A stretch of 64,000 nucleotides of DNA. Source: an uncultured delta proteobacterium. Lineage in GTDB: Bacteria > Desulfobacterota > Desulfomonilia > UBA1062. The position numbers and the translations under genes were made by a program. The notes below the pieces were generated by a model, which saw only the letters and a list, made by a program, of their open reading frames with translations, was not told the DNA's origin and did no database searches. Positions 20,801 to 32,580 of this stretch are shown in pieces. The first letter of the stretch is position 1. Each line of letters starts with the position of its first letter. The DNA lies in assembly GCA_963798485.1 (NCBI GenBank), contig CAWCTR010000021.1:96001-160000 (forward strand), read 5' to 3'.

Positions 20801-21055
20801 GTGCAGACCGTTCTCAAGGTGAGCGAGGGCAGGCCCAATGTGATGGATTATATCAAAAACGGGCAGATCCAGCTCATCATCAATGCGAGCATAGGAAGGA
20901 AGCCCACGGAAGACGCCCACCAGCTGCGTCAGAGCGCCATCAGGTACAATATACCCTATTCCACGACCATTTCCGCCTCACGCGCAACAAGCGAGGCCAT
21001 CAGGGCGCTCCAGGGCAATCATTTACAGGTCAGAGCACTGCAGGATTATTACTGA
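17855..21055 (+). CDS. carB: Carbamoyl-phosphate synthase large subunit
   Basis: [34 protein letters not shown], duplicated ATP-grasp domains, MGS domain; 1066 aa. Confidence 0.99.
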   Translation: MPKRTDIKKILIIGSGPIIISQACEFDYSGVQACKALREEGYSVVLINSNPATIMTDPGMSDRTYIEPITPEMIELIIEKERPDAILPTLGGQTGLNVSVELASRGVLEHYNVEMIGANPEVIHKAEDREQFRKAMEKIGLRVPRSGFARGMDDVYTIAQDIGYPIIIRPSFTLGGIGGGIAYNPEDLDGIAKSGLDASMIREIMLEESVIGWKEFELEVMRDKADNVVIICSIENMDAMGVHTGDSITVAPAQTLTDVEYQRLRDAAIAIMREIGVETGGSNVQFAINPADGELVVIEMNPRVSRSSALASKATGFPIAKIAAKLAVGYTLDEIPNDITKETFASFEPTIDYCVVKIPRWTFEKFPETPDLLTTSMKSVGETMAIGRTFKEALNKAVRSLEIGQSGLGGMLMKVPPEEKKQLVTGLTYPNSRRLFWIAAAFRSGWTIEDVARLTKIDPWFLYHIKELVDAETGIVSAGLDENTLYEAKRLGFSDRYLAHLWDTTEKAVRDLRYETGIIPVYKLVDTCAAEFEAYTPYYYSTYEDEDESNPSSRPKVIILGGGPNRIGQGIEFDYCCVHASFALKEMGYESIMINSNPETVSTDYDISDKLFFEPLTLEDVLHVIRREKPMGVIVQFGGQTPLNLAKGLFEAGVPILGTSPDAIDRSEDRQRFLEIVKKLNLKQPASGTVVSVEEALKVADRIEYPVLVRPSYVLGGRSMEIIYDPDTLKIFMAQVLELFPNNQILIDKFLEDAIEVDVDTLSDGKDAVICGIMEHIEEAGIHSGDSACVLPPITLPQKIVELIEKQTKMIAFELGVVGLMNIQYAIKDGELFILEVNPRASRTVPFVSKAIGIPIAKLATKIMLGHSLKELGFTRKIIPTHVSVKESVFPFKRFPNINIALGPEMKSTGEVMGIDTSFDLAFAKSQIAAGADLPTSGAVFISVHDFYKERIVPVARSFADLGFTIMSTTGTAAYLNAHGVDVQTVLKVSEGRPNVMDYIKNGQIQLIINASIGRKPTEDAHQLRQSAIRYNIPYSTTISASRATSEAIRALQGNHLQVRALQDYY

Positions 21056-21063
21056 TGAGGGGG

Positions 21064-21096
21064 GGAGGCCGGAAATAGTTAATTTTCTCCGGCTCC
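21064..21096 (+). terminator. Imperfect hairpin after carB
   Basis: GGAG(G)CCGGA..TCCGGCTCC followed by TATCTT. Confidence 0.4.
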
Positions 21097-21100
21097 TATC

Positions 21101-21129
21101 TTGACACCATAGAATCTATAGATTAGATT
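21101..21129 (+). promoter_or_regulatory. Sigma70-type promoter for pyrG
   Basis: TTGACA-N17-TAGATT. Confidence 0.5.
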
Positions 21130-21131
21130 AG

Positions 21132-22784
<1,653 letters not shown>

Positions 22785-22852
22785 AATAGTAACCGGTTTC
22801 AGTAAGACAGTAAGAGAAGAAGTATATAATATCTTCCTTAAAAATAAGGGTT

Positions 22853-23827
22853 TTAATGCTCGCTGGTGCCGAACTTTTTCAACTGGTTACGGTCTTCGAT
22901 AGAGAGAAGGCAGTTGCCGGTGCATTCGTTGTCGCACGATCCATCGCATGGTTCCACATGGATGGTTACATTCGAATAAGGGAAACGATCGTATATCATA
23001 TGGGTGAGATCGTCCGTTATGCTGTGTGATTTTTCAACGCTCATTAGCGGGTCTACAAGCATATGAAATTCAATGAAACGGACGTTTCCCGCCTTCCTGG
23101 TTCTCAGCTTATGGTAGCCATGCACATCGGGGTGCATGGTGGTAATAAGTTCCCTGATCAAAGTCCTCTCAGCAACAGGTAATGTGTGATCCAGAAGGTC
23201 TCGCACAGACTGTATCGCAAGTCCCCATGCAGCATGGACGATGAGCAGTGCCACAGCTATGGCGGCAATGGGATCGATCCAGTTCAATGAGACTCCGGGC
23301 ATGATACGATTCCCGATCCATATAAGGAATAGCCCGGCCATGACACCCGCAGATGTGTATACATCGGTCCTCAGGTGCCAGGCATCAGCCTTTAATGCCA
23401 TGGAATCAGCTTTGTTCCCGATTGCAAAGAGCCTCTCCGAGACTAAGATATTCATAATACAGGACATAAGCATGGCGCCGACACCCCACGAGGCTGCTTC
23501 AAGAGGTTGCGGGTTCATGAGTCTCTTTATGGCTTCATAGATGATCCATCCTGCAGCAAGGAAGATCAGGAGTGCCTCAACCGCTCCTGAGATGTTCTCG
23601 ATCTTTCCGTGGCCGAAGGGATGTTCCCTGTCAGCGGGTTTGCCTGATTTCGTCACGGAAATATAGGCTATTACTGAAGCGATCAGATCAACACCCGAGT
23701 GGATCGCCTCTGATATGATGGACACAGCCCCTATCAAAATTCCGATAATGACCTTCATAATGATCAGCGCAGTATTGGAAAGTATTGATAATCGGGCAAC
23801 AGATATCTTTTCGTTTACATTTTCCAT
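22853..23827 (-). CDS. Cation diffusion facilitator (FieF/YiiP-like)
   Basis: SEAIHSGVD, HPFGHGK, ADAWHLRTD, LRTRKAG, HVEP; Cys-rich tail. Confidence 0.93.
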   Translation of the reverse strand: MENVNEKISVARLSILSNTALIIMKVIIGILIGAVSIISEAIHSGVDLIASVIAYISVTKSGKPADREHPFGHGKIENISGAVEALLIFLAAGWIIYEAIKRLMNPQPLEAASWGVGAMLMSCIMNILVSERLFAIGNKADSMALKADAWHLRTDVYTSAGVMAGLFLIWIGNRIMPGVSLNWIDPIAAIAVALLIVHAAWGLAIQSVRDLLDHTLPVAERTLIRELITTMHPDVHGYHKLRTRKAGNVRFIEFHMLVDPLMSVEKSHSITDDLTHMIYDRFPYSNVTIHVEPCDGSCDNECTGNCLLSIEDRNQLKKFGTSEH

Positions 23828-23990
23828 CGGACCGTCCGGAAAGGGTATAGTCAGTTCAGGATTTATATATACCAGATATAAATGAATAGTGAATAGTATA
23901 CAATGTTGAATGACCGGGGATCAGATTTAAATCTCTTGAATATTCTCCCTGCATTTAGTACGCATGGATAAGTTCTTACATGAGGAGAAA

Positions 23991-25334
23991 ATGATGAAGA
24001 GCTCAAGAACGACAATCCAGGTTGTACTTTTGTTCATACTCATTGGGTCGATCATTGGCGCCGGATATCACTATCTCGAGTGGGAGAAGCCTACGATCGT
24101 CCTGGACAAATCATTTACAACCATCGGGAAGTCCAGGGATATTGCAATTACCCTGCAAGATAAACGCAGCGGCATCAGAAATTTCAAGGTTGCCATCGTT
24201 CAGAACAAGCATGAGTTTGAAGTGGCATCCGAACAGATACCGGTTAAGGGCACTTTTGAGAAGACTGTGGCAGTGAAGATCGTTCCCAAGGATCTCAGGA
24301 TAAGAGATGGGGAGGCTGTCTTCATTGTGAAGGCCACTGACTTCTCACCATTGAGGAATACCGCCGAACTTCAGACTAAGGTTACCATTGATTCCACACC
24401 GCCCAGGATTACGCTTCTCACGAGTGCACATAATATTAACCCCGGCGGGACCTGCCTTACCATCTACCGTGTGACAAAGGCAGTGCAGACAAGTGGGGTT
24501 AAGTGCGGTGATAAATTTTTTACCGGCTACCTTGTGCAGGGGCAGGGAAAACCGTATTATGTGTGTTATTTTGCCGTACCTCGCGATGTGAGCAGGAGTA
24601 CGCCCATGGTGGTAACGGCACAGGACAAGGGTGGTAATGAGGCCATTGCAGGTATTCCCTTCTACATCCGCAGTGTAAAACCCTTCAGAAGAGATACGAT
24701 TACTGTCGGTGATGCCTTTGTGCAGCAGAAGGCCGTAGAATTCCAGGAGCAGGACACGAAACTCTCCGGGAAGTCCCCTGAGGATGTCTTTGCCTATGTC
24801 AATACCCAGCTCCGTGTGGAAGACGACAAGCAAATACAGACCCTCTGTGCAAAGACCGATAGCAAGCAGCACTGGCAGGGAACATTCTTAAGATTGAAAA
24901 ATTCCGCACCCAAGGCGCTCTTCGGCGATGAACGGACATATCTTTATCATGGTAAATCTCTGGGAAACAGCATTCATCTGGGGATAGACCTCGCATCCAC
25001 CTCACATGCCCCAATAGAGGCGGCTAACAGCGGGATTGTCATCTTTGCCGGCAACCTGGGTATTTATGGGAACGCTGTAATCATTGACCATGGCCAGGGG
25101 ATCTCCACCCAGTACGGTCACATGAGCTCCATTGCGGTGAAGGAAGGCCGGCCGGTCACCAAGGGGCAGGTCATCGGAAAGACCGGGATGACGGGCTTCG
25201 CTGGGGGCGACCATCTGCATTTCAGCCTGCTCGTCGGCGGTGTCTTTGTCGATCCAAAAGAGTGGTGGGACCCGCACTGGATAAAAGACAACGTGGAGGG
25301 AAAATACAATACAGTGATAATCGGAGGGAATTAA
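23991..25334 (+). CDS. Membrane-anchored M23 family metallopeptidase
   Basis: N-terminal TM, HLGID and HLH zinc motifs, YGNAVIIDHG; ATG 23991 after GAGGAG. Confidence 0.92.
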   Translation: MMKSSRTTIQVVLLFILIGSIIGAGYHYLEWEKPTIVLDKSFTTIGKSRDIAITLQDKRSGIRNFKVAIVQNKHEFEVASEQIPVKGTFEKTVAVKIVPKDLRIRDGEAVFIVKATDFSPLRNTAELQTKVTIDSTPPRITLLTSAHNINPGGTCLTIYRVTKAVQTSGVKCGDKFFTGYLVQGQGKPYYVCYFAVPRDVSRSTPMVVTAQDKGGNEAIAGIPFYIRSVKPFRRDTITVGDAFVQQKAVEFQEQDTKLSGKSPEDVFAYVNTQLRVEDDKQIQTLCAKTDSKQHWQGTFLRLKNSAPKALFGDERTYLYHGKSLGNSIHLGIDLASTSHAPIEAANSGIVIFAGNLGIYGNAVIIDHGQGISTQYGHMSSIAVKEGRPVTKGQVIGKTGMTGFAGGDHLHFSLLVGGVFVDPKEWWDPHWIKDNVEGKYNTVIIGGN

Positions 25335-25799
25335 ATGGATAAGCTTAAACGTGGAGACAAGGCCCCTGATTTTGCGTTGAGGGACCAGAACGGAAACATC
25401 ATGAAGCTCACTGACTTCAAAGATAAAAAAAAGATCTTACTCTATTTCTATCCCAAGGCACTCACAGCGGGATGTACCGTCCAGGCACGGGAGGTCAGCG
25501 CTGCAAGGGAAGCGTTGGCTGATTTAGACGTAGAGGCTATCGGTATCAGCCCTGATATGCCGGAGGTTCTCAAGAAGTTTGATAACAACCTCGAACTTAA
25601 CTTTCCGCTCCTGTCCGATGCGGATCACCGTGTGGCCGAAGCTTTTGGTGTCTGGGGCGAGAAGAACATCTATGGCAAGACTCTCTATGGTATTATCCGC
25701 TCCTCGTTTCTGATTGATGAAAACTCTCAGATCATTCAGGCCTGGTACAAGGTGAGCCCGAAAGATACCGTTCCTAAGGCGCTGCAGGAGCTTAAATAA
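25335..25799 (+). CDS. bcp: BCP/PrxQ peroxiredoxin (single Cys)
   Basis: GDKAPDF, YFYPKALTAGCT, GISPD, LLSD, IRSSFLID. Confidence 0.92.
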   Translation: MDKLKRGDKAPDFALRDQNGNIMKLTDFKDKKKILLYFYPKALTAGCTVQAREVSAAREALADLDVEAIGISPDMPEVLKKFDNNLELNFPLLSDADHRVAEAFGVWGEKNIYGKTLYGIIRSSFLIDENSQIIQAWYKVSPKDTVPKALQELK

Positions 25800-25828
25800 A
25801 GAAAAACATCTTGATCACGGAGAGATCG

Positions 25829-27334
25829 ATGCACCTTCTTGCACGGATTATCATACCTGCACTGGTTTTCGGCATTGCGCTGCCGGGTTGTGCCGTCGGC
25901 CCTGACTTCAGGAGTCCTGGGGCCCCGGGGACCGCGACATACACAGCCAAGGCTATGCCTGAACAGACCGTTTCAGCACCGGTTGCGGGCGGCGGGGAAC
26001 AACACTTTGTATCAAAGCAGGACATTCCCGAGCAGTGGTGGACACTCTATCAATGCCCTGACCTCGATCAGCTGATCCGTCTGGCACTCAAGGACAATCC
26101 GACGCTCGCAGCAGCCAGGGCGACTCTGGGCCAGGCACAGGAGAACCTGAATGCAGGATATGGAGCACTCTTCCCGAGTGTGGATGCGCAAGCCTCGGTT
26201 TCCAGGCAGAAGGTCTCGGGGATATCAGCAGGAGAGCCGAACGTCAGTATCAGCCCGTTCACCCTATACAATGCATCGGTGAACGTATCATATACGCTTG
26301 AGCTTTTCGGAGGCACCAGGCGAGAACTGGAGACACTGCAATCTCAAGTCGATTACCAGCAGTTCCAGCTCGAGGCCGCTTATCTCACGCTCACGTCGAA
26401 TGTGGTTACGACAGCCGTGAAAGAGGCTTCTCTGCGTGCACAGATACACTCCTACAAGGACATCATAAGTGCCCAGGAGAAGCAGCTCGAAGTCGTGGAG
26501 GATCAATTCCGGATCGGAAGTGTATCGCTCCCGGACCTTCTAGCGCAGAAGGCACTGCTTGCCCAGACCCGTGCAATACTTCCTCCCCTTGAAAAGGAAC
26601 TCGCTCAGACCGGCCACCAGCTTGCAGTCCTCACCGGCAGGCTGCCGAGCGAGGCGAAGCTTCCCGATTTTGACCTCGATGGTTTGAAACTGCCCCGGGA
26701 ACTGCCGGTAAGCCTGCCGTCGGAACTGGTTCGGCAGCGCCCCGATATCCGTGCTTCCGAATCGCTCCTGCATGCGGCAAGTGCTCAAGTCGGCGTGGCA
26801 ACGGCGAATCTCTACCCGCAGGTCAACCTCTCCGGCAGCTATGGGTCGATGACCACAAAGGCCGGCGATCTGTTCACAAGCGGTATGGGTGTCTGGAGCC
26901 TTGGTGCCGGTGTGCTGCAGCCTGTGTTTCATGGCGGGGAGCTGACTGCCAGGAGGCGCGCCGCCGTTGCCGCCTACGATGCGGCATCTGCGCAGTACCG
27001 TCTGACGGTTTTACAGGCATTTCAGAACGTGGCCGATGTGCTGCGGGCGCTCGATGCAGACGCGCTTGCTCTCAAGGCACAGGCTGAGGCGGAGGCTGCT
27101 GCGCGAGATTTACGCGACATCACTGGCAAGCAGTTCAGTCTCGGAGCAGTAAGCTATCTTACGTTGCTCAATTCCGAGCGCCAGTATCAGCAGGCCAGGA
27201 TTGGCCTGGTTCAGGCACAGGCCATGCGTTATGCCGACACAGCCGCTCTTTTCCAGGCCCTCGGGGGAGGGTGGTGGAACCGGCAGGCACAGGGAGATGC
27301 AAAGATGAAAGTAAGGAGGGAATCCGGTGATTAA
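25829..27334 (+). CDS. Efflux outer-membrane factor lipoprotein (NodT/OprM family)
   Basis: Lipobox ALPG-C, AVGPDF, QRPDIRASE, LFQALGGGW; ORF open from 25811. Confidence 0.92.
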   Translation: MHLLARIIIPALVFGIALPGCAVGPDFRSPGAPGTATYTAKAMPEQTVSAPVAGGGEQHFVSKQDIPEQWWTLYQCPDLDQLIRLALKDNPTLAAARATLGQAQENLNAGYGALFPSVDAQASVSRQKVSGISAGEPNVSISPFTLYNASVNVSYTLELFGGTRRELETLQSQVDYQQFQLEAAYLTLTSNVVTTAVKEASLRAQIHSYKDIISAQEKQLEVVEDQFRIGSVSLPDLLAQKALLAQTRAILPPLEKELAQTGHQLAVLTGRLPSEAKLPDFDLDGLKLPRELPVSLPSELVRQRPDIRASESLLHAASAQVGVATANLYPQVNLSGSYGSMTTKAGDLFTSGMGVWSLGAGVLQPVFHGGELTARRRAAVAAYDAASAQYRLTVLQAFQNVADVLRALDADALALKAQAEAEAAARDLRDITGKQFSLGAVSYLTLLNSERQYQQARIGLVQAQAMRYADTAALFQALGGGWWNRQAQGDAKMKVRRESGD

Positions 27335-27358
27335 CTCAGTGACACGGAGAGACGGCAG

Positions 27359-28489
27359 ATGACCAAGCGAATGGTGATCATGCTGGTGGTGGTAGGCCTG
27401 CTGTTCGGCGGCATATTTGGCTATAAGGCCTTTATGGGCATAATGATGAAAAAATTCATGTCTGCAGGCGGGATGCCTCCGGTTACGGTGTCGACGATTC
27501 ATGCCTCAAATGAGGCATGGCAGCCGCAACTTAAGGCCGTAGGCAGCCTAAGGGCCGTGCGCGGGGTAGATCTGGCCAGCGAAATTTCAGGCCTGGTAAG
27601 AAGTGTACATTTTAAATCAGGGGACGAGGCCAAGGCCGGCCAGCTGCTTGTGCAGCTCAATGCCGATTCCGATATTGCACAACTGCATGCGCTGGAGGCT
27701 GCGGCTGACCTGGCCGAGATAACCTATGAACGAGACATTAAACAAATCGAAGCACAGGCTATAAGCCAGTCCGCGCTGGATTCTGCATCTGCTGACCTTA
27801 AATCAAAACAGGCCCAGGTTACCCAGCAGGCAGCAGTTGTAGCCAAGAAGACCATTTGCGCACCCTTTGCCGGGCGGCTCGGCATCAGTTCCGTCAACCC
27901 AGGGCAATACTTGAACTCCGGTGATAAAATCGTCACCCTACAGTCACTCGATTCGATCTTTGTAGACTTTTCCCTGCCGCAGCAGGAACTCTCCATGGTT
28001 TCAACAGGGCAAACGGCCGTTGCTTTCACCGACGCATTCCCCGGCAAGACATTTACCGGCAAGATAACGGCCGTCAACCCGAAGGTGGACCCCGGTTCAC
28101 GCAATATCCAGGTCGAAGCGCTTATTGCCAATCCCGGCCGCAAACTGCTGCCGGGTATGTATGCCACTGTCGAGGTCCTCTACGGTGCGGTACAGCATTA
28201 CCTGACGCTGCCTCGTACAGCTGTTACCTTCAATCCCTACGGCGAGACCATCTACCTTGTGGAGGAAAAGGGCAAAGACAAAGCAGGCAAGCAGGCCCTG
28301 ATTGCCAGACAGACCTTCGTCACCCTCGGTCCTGCAAGGGGCGATCAGGTGGCGATCCTCTCCGGTGTCAGGGAAGGGGACCAGGTGGTCACAAGCGGCC
28401 AGCTCAAGATCAAGAACAACAGCCCGCTGATCATCAACAACCAGGTACAGCCCCTGAATGACGCAGCCCCCAAACCAGAGGAACAGTGA
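27359..28489 (+). CDS. RND efflux periplasmic adaptor (MFP)
   Basis: N-terminal TM, lipoyl halves, APFAGRLG, LLPGMYA, GDQVVTSGQLK. Confidence 0.93.
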   Translation: MTKRMVIMLVVVGLLFGGIFGYKAFMGIMMKKFMSAGGMPPVTVSTIHASNEAWQPQLKAVGSLRAVRGVDLASEISGLVRSVHFKSGDEAKAGQLLVQLNADSDIAQLHALEAAADLAEITYERDIKQIEAQAISQSALDSASADLKSKQAQVTQQAAVVAKKTICAPFAGRLGISSVNPGQYLNSGDKIVTLQSLDSIFVDFSLPQQELSMVSTGQTAVAFTDAFPGKTFTGKITAVNPKVDPGSRNIQVEALIANPGRKLLPGMYATVEVLYGAVQHYLTLPRTAVTFNPYGETIYLVEEKGKDKAGKQALIARQTFVTLGPARGDQVAILSGVREGDQVVTSGQLKIKNNSPLIINNQVQPLNDAAPKPEEQ

Positions 28490-28505
28490 TCAGTAAGGCA
28501 TACAT

Positions 28506-31500
28506 ATGAACTTCACCGACATCTTCATACGCCGTCCTGTGCTGGCCACCGTGGTCAGTCTGCTGATCCTGGTGCTGGGATTACGGTCCATTGACCTGCT
28601 GCCTGTCCGTCAGTACCCGCTAACGCAAAACGCAGTGGTAACGGTATCCACCGTATATACCGGGGCAGACCCCGATCTGGTATCCGGATTCATTACCACC
28701 CCGCTGGAAAACTCCATTGCCCAGGCCAACGGCATAGACTACCTCACCTCGTCGAGCACACAGAGCGTAAGCACCATCACGGCTAACCTGCGCCTGAACT
28801 ACGACGCGAACAAGGCCCTGACCGAGATCAATACAAAGGTCAACGCGGTTCTCAACCAGCTTCCCAAGGAATCGCAGCAGCCTGTGATCAATCTGTCCAC
28901 CGGTGAAACCATTGGCTCTATGATCATCGGTTTTTACAGCAAGGATCTGCCTTCGAACAAGATAACGGATTACCTCATCCGGGTGGTGCAGCCCAAATTG
29001 CAGACCGTCGAAGGCGTGCAGACGGCCGAGATCCTCGGCAAAAAAGAGTTCGCGCTAAGGGCCTGGCTCGACCCGGCAAAGATGGCCGCCTACGGTGTGA
29101 GTGCAACAGAGGTGAGCAGCGCGCTATCCGCCAATGACTTTATCTCGGCCCTGGGCCGGACAAAGGGGCAGATGGTGACCGTGAACCTCACCGCTGCCAC
29201 AGGTCTTCACTCGGCCGATGAGTTCCGCAACCTGGTTATCAAGTCGGTAAATGGCGCCATCGTCCGCCTGGGTGATGTGGCCAATGTCACGCTCGGTGCA
29301 GATAACTACGACATTTCGGTGCGTTTTGACGGCAAGAGCGCCGTGTTCATGAATATCAAGGTGGCGCCCAATGCAAACCTGCTCACGGTGGCGGACGGCG
29401 TGCGCAAGGTGTTCCCTCCAATCCAGAAGCAGTTGCCCCAAGGCCTTGATGCCCGTATCGTCTATGATGCCACGGATTATGTAAACAGCTCCATCAGAGA
29501 GGTGGTTACCACCCTCATAGAGGCCCTGCTCATAGTAACCCTGGTGATCTTCCTTTCCTTAGGCTCAATCAGATCAGTGATAATCCCGACCGTGGCCATC
29601 CCGCTGTCTCTGGTCGGTGCATTCTTCATTATGCTTGCGCTGGGCTATACCATCAATCTTATGACGTTGCTCGCACTGGTGCTCGCCATTGGCCTTGTGG
29701 TGGATGACGCCATTATCGTGGTGGAGAACGTGCACCGCCATATGGAGGAGGGGGTCCCGCTTCTGCAGGCGGCCATACAGGGAGCGCGTGAACTTGGGGG
29801 GCCCATTATCGCCATGACCGTTGTACTCATTGCCGTGTATGTCCCCATCGGTTTCATGGGCGGCCTCACCGGGGCGCTTTTCACCGAGTTCGCATACACA
29901 CTGGCCGGTGCCGTGCTGGTATCGGCCATTATAGCGCTGACGCTCTCGCCTATGATGTGTTCGCGTTATCTCAAGCACGCAGGCCCGGGTGAGCGGCACC
30001 GCTTCACGGACTTTATCGACGGCCAGTTCAACCGGCTGCGTTCGCGTTATGAGAGGATGCTCAAGGGTGCGCTCAACACGCTGAGCGTTCTCGGGGTGTT
30101 TGCTGCGATCATCCTGGCGAGCAATTACTTTTTATTTGCAAGCTCCAAGAGCGAGCTCGCGCCCCAGGAGGACCAAGGTTTCATCATCTCCATGATAACG
30201 GCAGCCCCTGACGCCAGCCTGCAGCAGACGCAGCTCTATTCGAAGCAAGTTGCAAAGATAGTGGCCCCGATACCGGAAATCGAGCATCTCTTCCAGGTCG
30301 AGGGTTTCAACGGGCTTAACTCGGGCTTTGCAGGCCTGGTGCTGAAGCCGTGGGATAAACGGACACGCACGACTAAGGTATTGCAGCCTGAAATACAAAC
30401 CAGGCTTCGAGAGATCACGGGTGCCAATGCCGTGGCGTTCCAGCCTGCGCCGCTGCCCGGAACCGGTCATGGCCTGCCGGTACAGTTCGTGATAGGCACC
30501 ACCGATTCCTTCGAGAGGCTGAACGTGGTTTCCCAGGCGTTCATAGACAAGGCGCATGCGAGCGGCTTGTTCATGTTCGTGGATACGGACCTCAAGATCG
30601 ACAGGCCGCAGACCATTGTGGAGTTCGACCGAGACAAGGCTGCACAAATGGGCCTGACAATGGCCGATGTAGGCAGTGCGCTGGCCTCCATGCTGGGGGG
30701 GGGGTATGTCAACTACTTCAGCCTGTCCGGGCGTTCGTATAAGGTGATTCCCCAGGTGATACAAAGCGAACGGCTTACCGCAGACCAGCTGGAGAATTAC
30801 TACATCAAAACTTCAAGCAGCGTATCCATACCTGTTTCCACTATAGCGAACTTGAAAAGCACGGTGGTGCCGGAATCCATCAACCACTTCCAGCAGCTCA
30901 ACAGCGCCACCATATCAGGGGTCCTCACACCGGGCATCACCCTGGGGCAGGCCCTTGACTCTCTTAAGATGATCGCCGACGACACACTGCCGGAAGGTTA
31001 CAGCATCGACTATGGGGGCGAGTCACGTCAGTATGTGCAGGAATCCAGTGCATTGCTTTTCACGTTCGTCTTTGCACTCATCATCATCTTCCTCGCACTG
31101 GCAGCCTTGTTCGAAAGCTTCCGCGACCCGATCATCGTGCTTATCAGCGTGCCAATGTCCATCTGCGGGGCGCTCATCTTCATCAGCCTCGGGATCGGTG
31201 GGGCGAGCTTGAACATCTATACCGAGGTTGGCATTGTGACGCTGATCGGGCTCATCAGCAAGCACGGCATCCTTATCGTGCAGTTTGCCAACGACCTGCA
31301 GCGCGAAGGCAGGAGCAAGCGCGATGCCATAGAGCAGGCCTCTGCAATCCGGTTACGGCCTATCCTCATGACCACAGCCGCCATGGTCTTGGGCATCATG
31401 CCATTGGTCTTTGCATCCGGCGCAGGCGCAGCGGGACGCTACAATATGGGCCTGGTAATTACCACCGGCATCGCCATCGGCACCCTGTTCACGCTGTTCG

Positions 31501-31595
31501 TGGTGCCTGCCATGTACCTGTTTCTTGCCACGGATCATGCCAGACAGAGGGTAAAAGAGATGGCAACAGAAGAGATCACTGGTAGCGTCGGCTGA
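28506..31595 (+). CDS. RND efflux transporter (MexW/MexI-like)
   Basis: FIRRPVLA, LPVRQYP, IGLVVDDAI, GLISKHGIL, RLRPILMT; 1029 aa. Confidence 0.96.
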   Translation: MNFTDIFIRRPVLATVVSLLILVLGLRSIDLLPVRQYPLTQNAVVTVSTVYTGADPDLVSGFITTPLENSIAQANGIDYLTSSSTQSVSTITANLRLNYDANKALTEINTKVNAVLNQLPKESQQPVINLSTGETIGSMIIGFYSKDLPSNKITDYLIRVVQPKLQTVEGVQTAEILGKKEFALRAWLDPAKMAAYGVSATEVSSALSANDFISALGRTKGQMVTVNLTAATGLHSADEFRNLVIKSVNGAIVRLGDVANVTLGADNYDISVRFDGKSAVFMNIKVAPNANLLTVADGVRKVFPPIQKQLPQGLDARIVYDATDYVNSSIREVVTTLIEALLIVTLVIFLSLGSIRSVIIPTVAIPLSLVGAFFIMLALGYTINLMTLLALVLAIGLVVDDAIIVVENVHRHMEEGVPLLQAAIQGARELGGPIIAMTVVLIAVYVPIGFMGGLTGALFTEFAYTLAGAVLVSAIIALTLSPMMCSRYLKHAGPGERHRFTDFIDGQFNRLRSRYERMLKGALNTLSVLGVFAAIILASNYFLFASSKSELAPQEDQGFIISMITAAPDASLQQTQLYSKQVAKIVAPIPEIEHLFQVEGFNGLNSGFAGLVLKPWDKRTRTTKVLQPEIQTRLREITGANAVAFQPAPLPGTGHGLPVQFVIGTTDSFERLNVVSQAFIDKAHASGLFMFVDTDLKIDRPQTIVEFDRDKAAQMGLTMADVGSALASMLGGGYVNYFSLSGRSYKVIPQVIQSERLTADQLENYYIKTSSSVSIPVSTIANLKSTVVPESINHFQQLNSATISGVLTPGITLGQALDSLKMIADDTLPEGYSIDYGGESRQYVQESSALLFTFVFALIIIFLALAALFESFRDPIIVLISVPMSICGALIFISLGIGGASLNIYTEVGIVTLIGLISKHGILIVQFANDLQREGRSKRDAIEQASAIRLRPILMTTAAMVLGIMPLVFASGAGAAGRYNMGLVITTGIAIGTLFTLFVVPAMYLFLATDHARQRVKEMATEEITGSVG

Positions 31596-31614
31596 ACAAT
31601 CAGGCGTTCCCGTA

Positions 31615-32502
31615 CTACTTTTCCCAGTATGGTTTGTAGCTGTCCTTGATTGCAAGCTTCCGGTCAGTCATGAACTGCTCAAAGATATCTGATAGATAAA
31701 TGAACCTGTAGATGTCATTGATGCGCGAACAGAGCCTGGAAGCCCTGGGGCGCGATATCTCGACAAGAGAGCTCATGGTGCCGCCGGTTTTCATGTATCT
31801 GCCCAGGTCATACTTGGTGAGCATTCCCCCCATATGGAAATCTTTCTGGAGATAGAGAATGCCTGTCTTGGCATTTGCATATACCGGTACTGCACCATAA
31901 TGGGTGGCATGATGGCGTACGTCCAGTAGATTGTCGCAGTCGTTAATCATGGAGCTTATAGCAATATAGTCCTTATGCCGGTTAAGCTTGAGCCAGTATC
32001 TCAGGTCTGAGGGGCTCATGGCGATCGGCTTGGTGTGGTCCACCTTGATGGGGGTGTAATGTGCCCGGTTGAGCAGCATAAAGAACTCATTTGCAAGGGC
32101 GCACACAGCCTGGTAGAGGTCGCCATGCAATGCATCGAAAGACTCCTTGGCCTCGAACACCCTCAGGTCGAGACTCGAACCATCATCAAGATTGAAGGAG
32201 AAGAGCCTTTCCATGGTGTCGATCTGGTAGAATGCCCCTGCGAGCTTCACCTCGACGGTGTAGTGGAGGATCTGTATGTATGCGATGTCTTTCTCTTGTT
32301 TTGGTGTAAGCTCCGGGCCTTCGACGTTTGTGAAGTTCACTATGTCGAAGTCGGCAGCCAGTTCTCTCAGGCCCCACCAATAATCCAGGGCAGTGAGGTC
32401 TTTATATTTTTCCTCCTTGTCTTTACCGTGGCACAGGTGACGGTCTATGGTCTGGGGCTTTCCCATATATATATGCTCCATAGGGATCAGCTCTCTTTGC
32501 AT
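31615..32502 (-). CDS. Hypothetical protein with a HEPN-like RxxxxH motif
   Basis: 295-aa ORF filling the gap between the RND gene and selA; RHHATH at 31900..31917; alternative starts at 32481 and 32466. Confidence 0.6.
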   Translation of the reverse strand: MQRELIPMEHIYMGKPQTIDRHLCHGKDKEEKYKDLTALDYWWGLRELAADFDIVNFTNVEGPELTPKQEKDIAYIQILHYTVEVKLAGAFYQIDTMERLFSFNLDDGSSLDLRVFEAKESFDALHGDLYQAVCALANEFFMLLNRAHYTPIKVDHTKPIAMSPSDLRYWLKLNRHKDYIAISSMINDCDNLLDVRHHATHYGAVPVYANAKTGILYLQKDFHMGGMLTKYDLGRYMKTGGTMSSLVEISRPRASRLCSRINDIYRFIYLSDIFEQFMTDRKLAIKDSYKPYWEK

Positions 32503-32580
32503 TGAAGAGGATATGCATCACCCCATAATTTATGTATATGGAAATAAGCGCAAGTGCAATAAGAGGCTTCAGGAGGAAGA

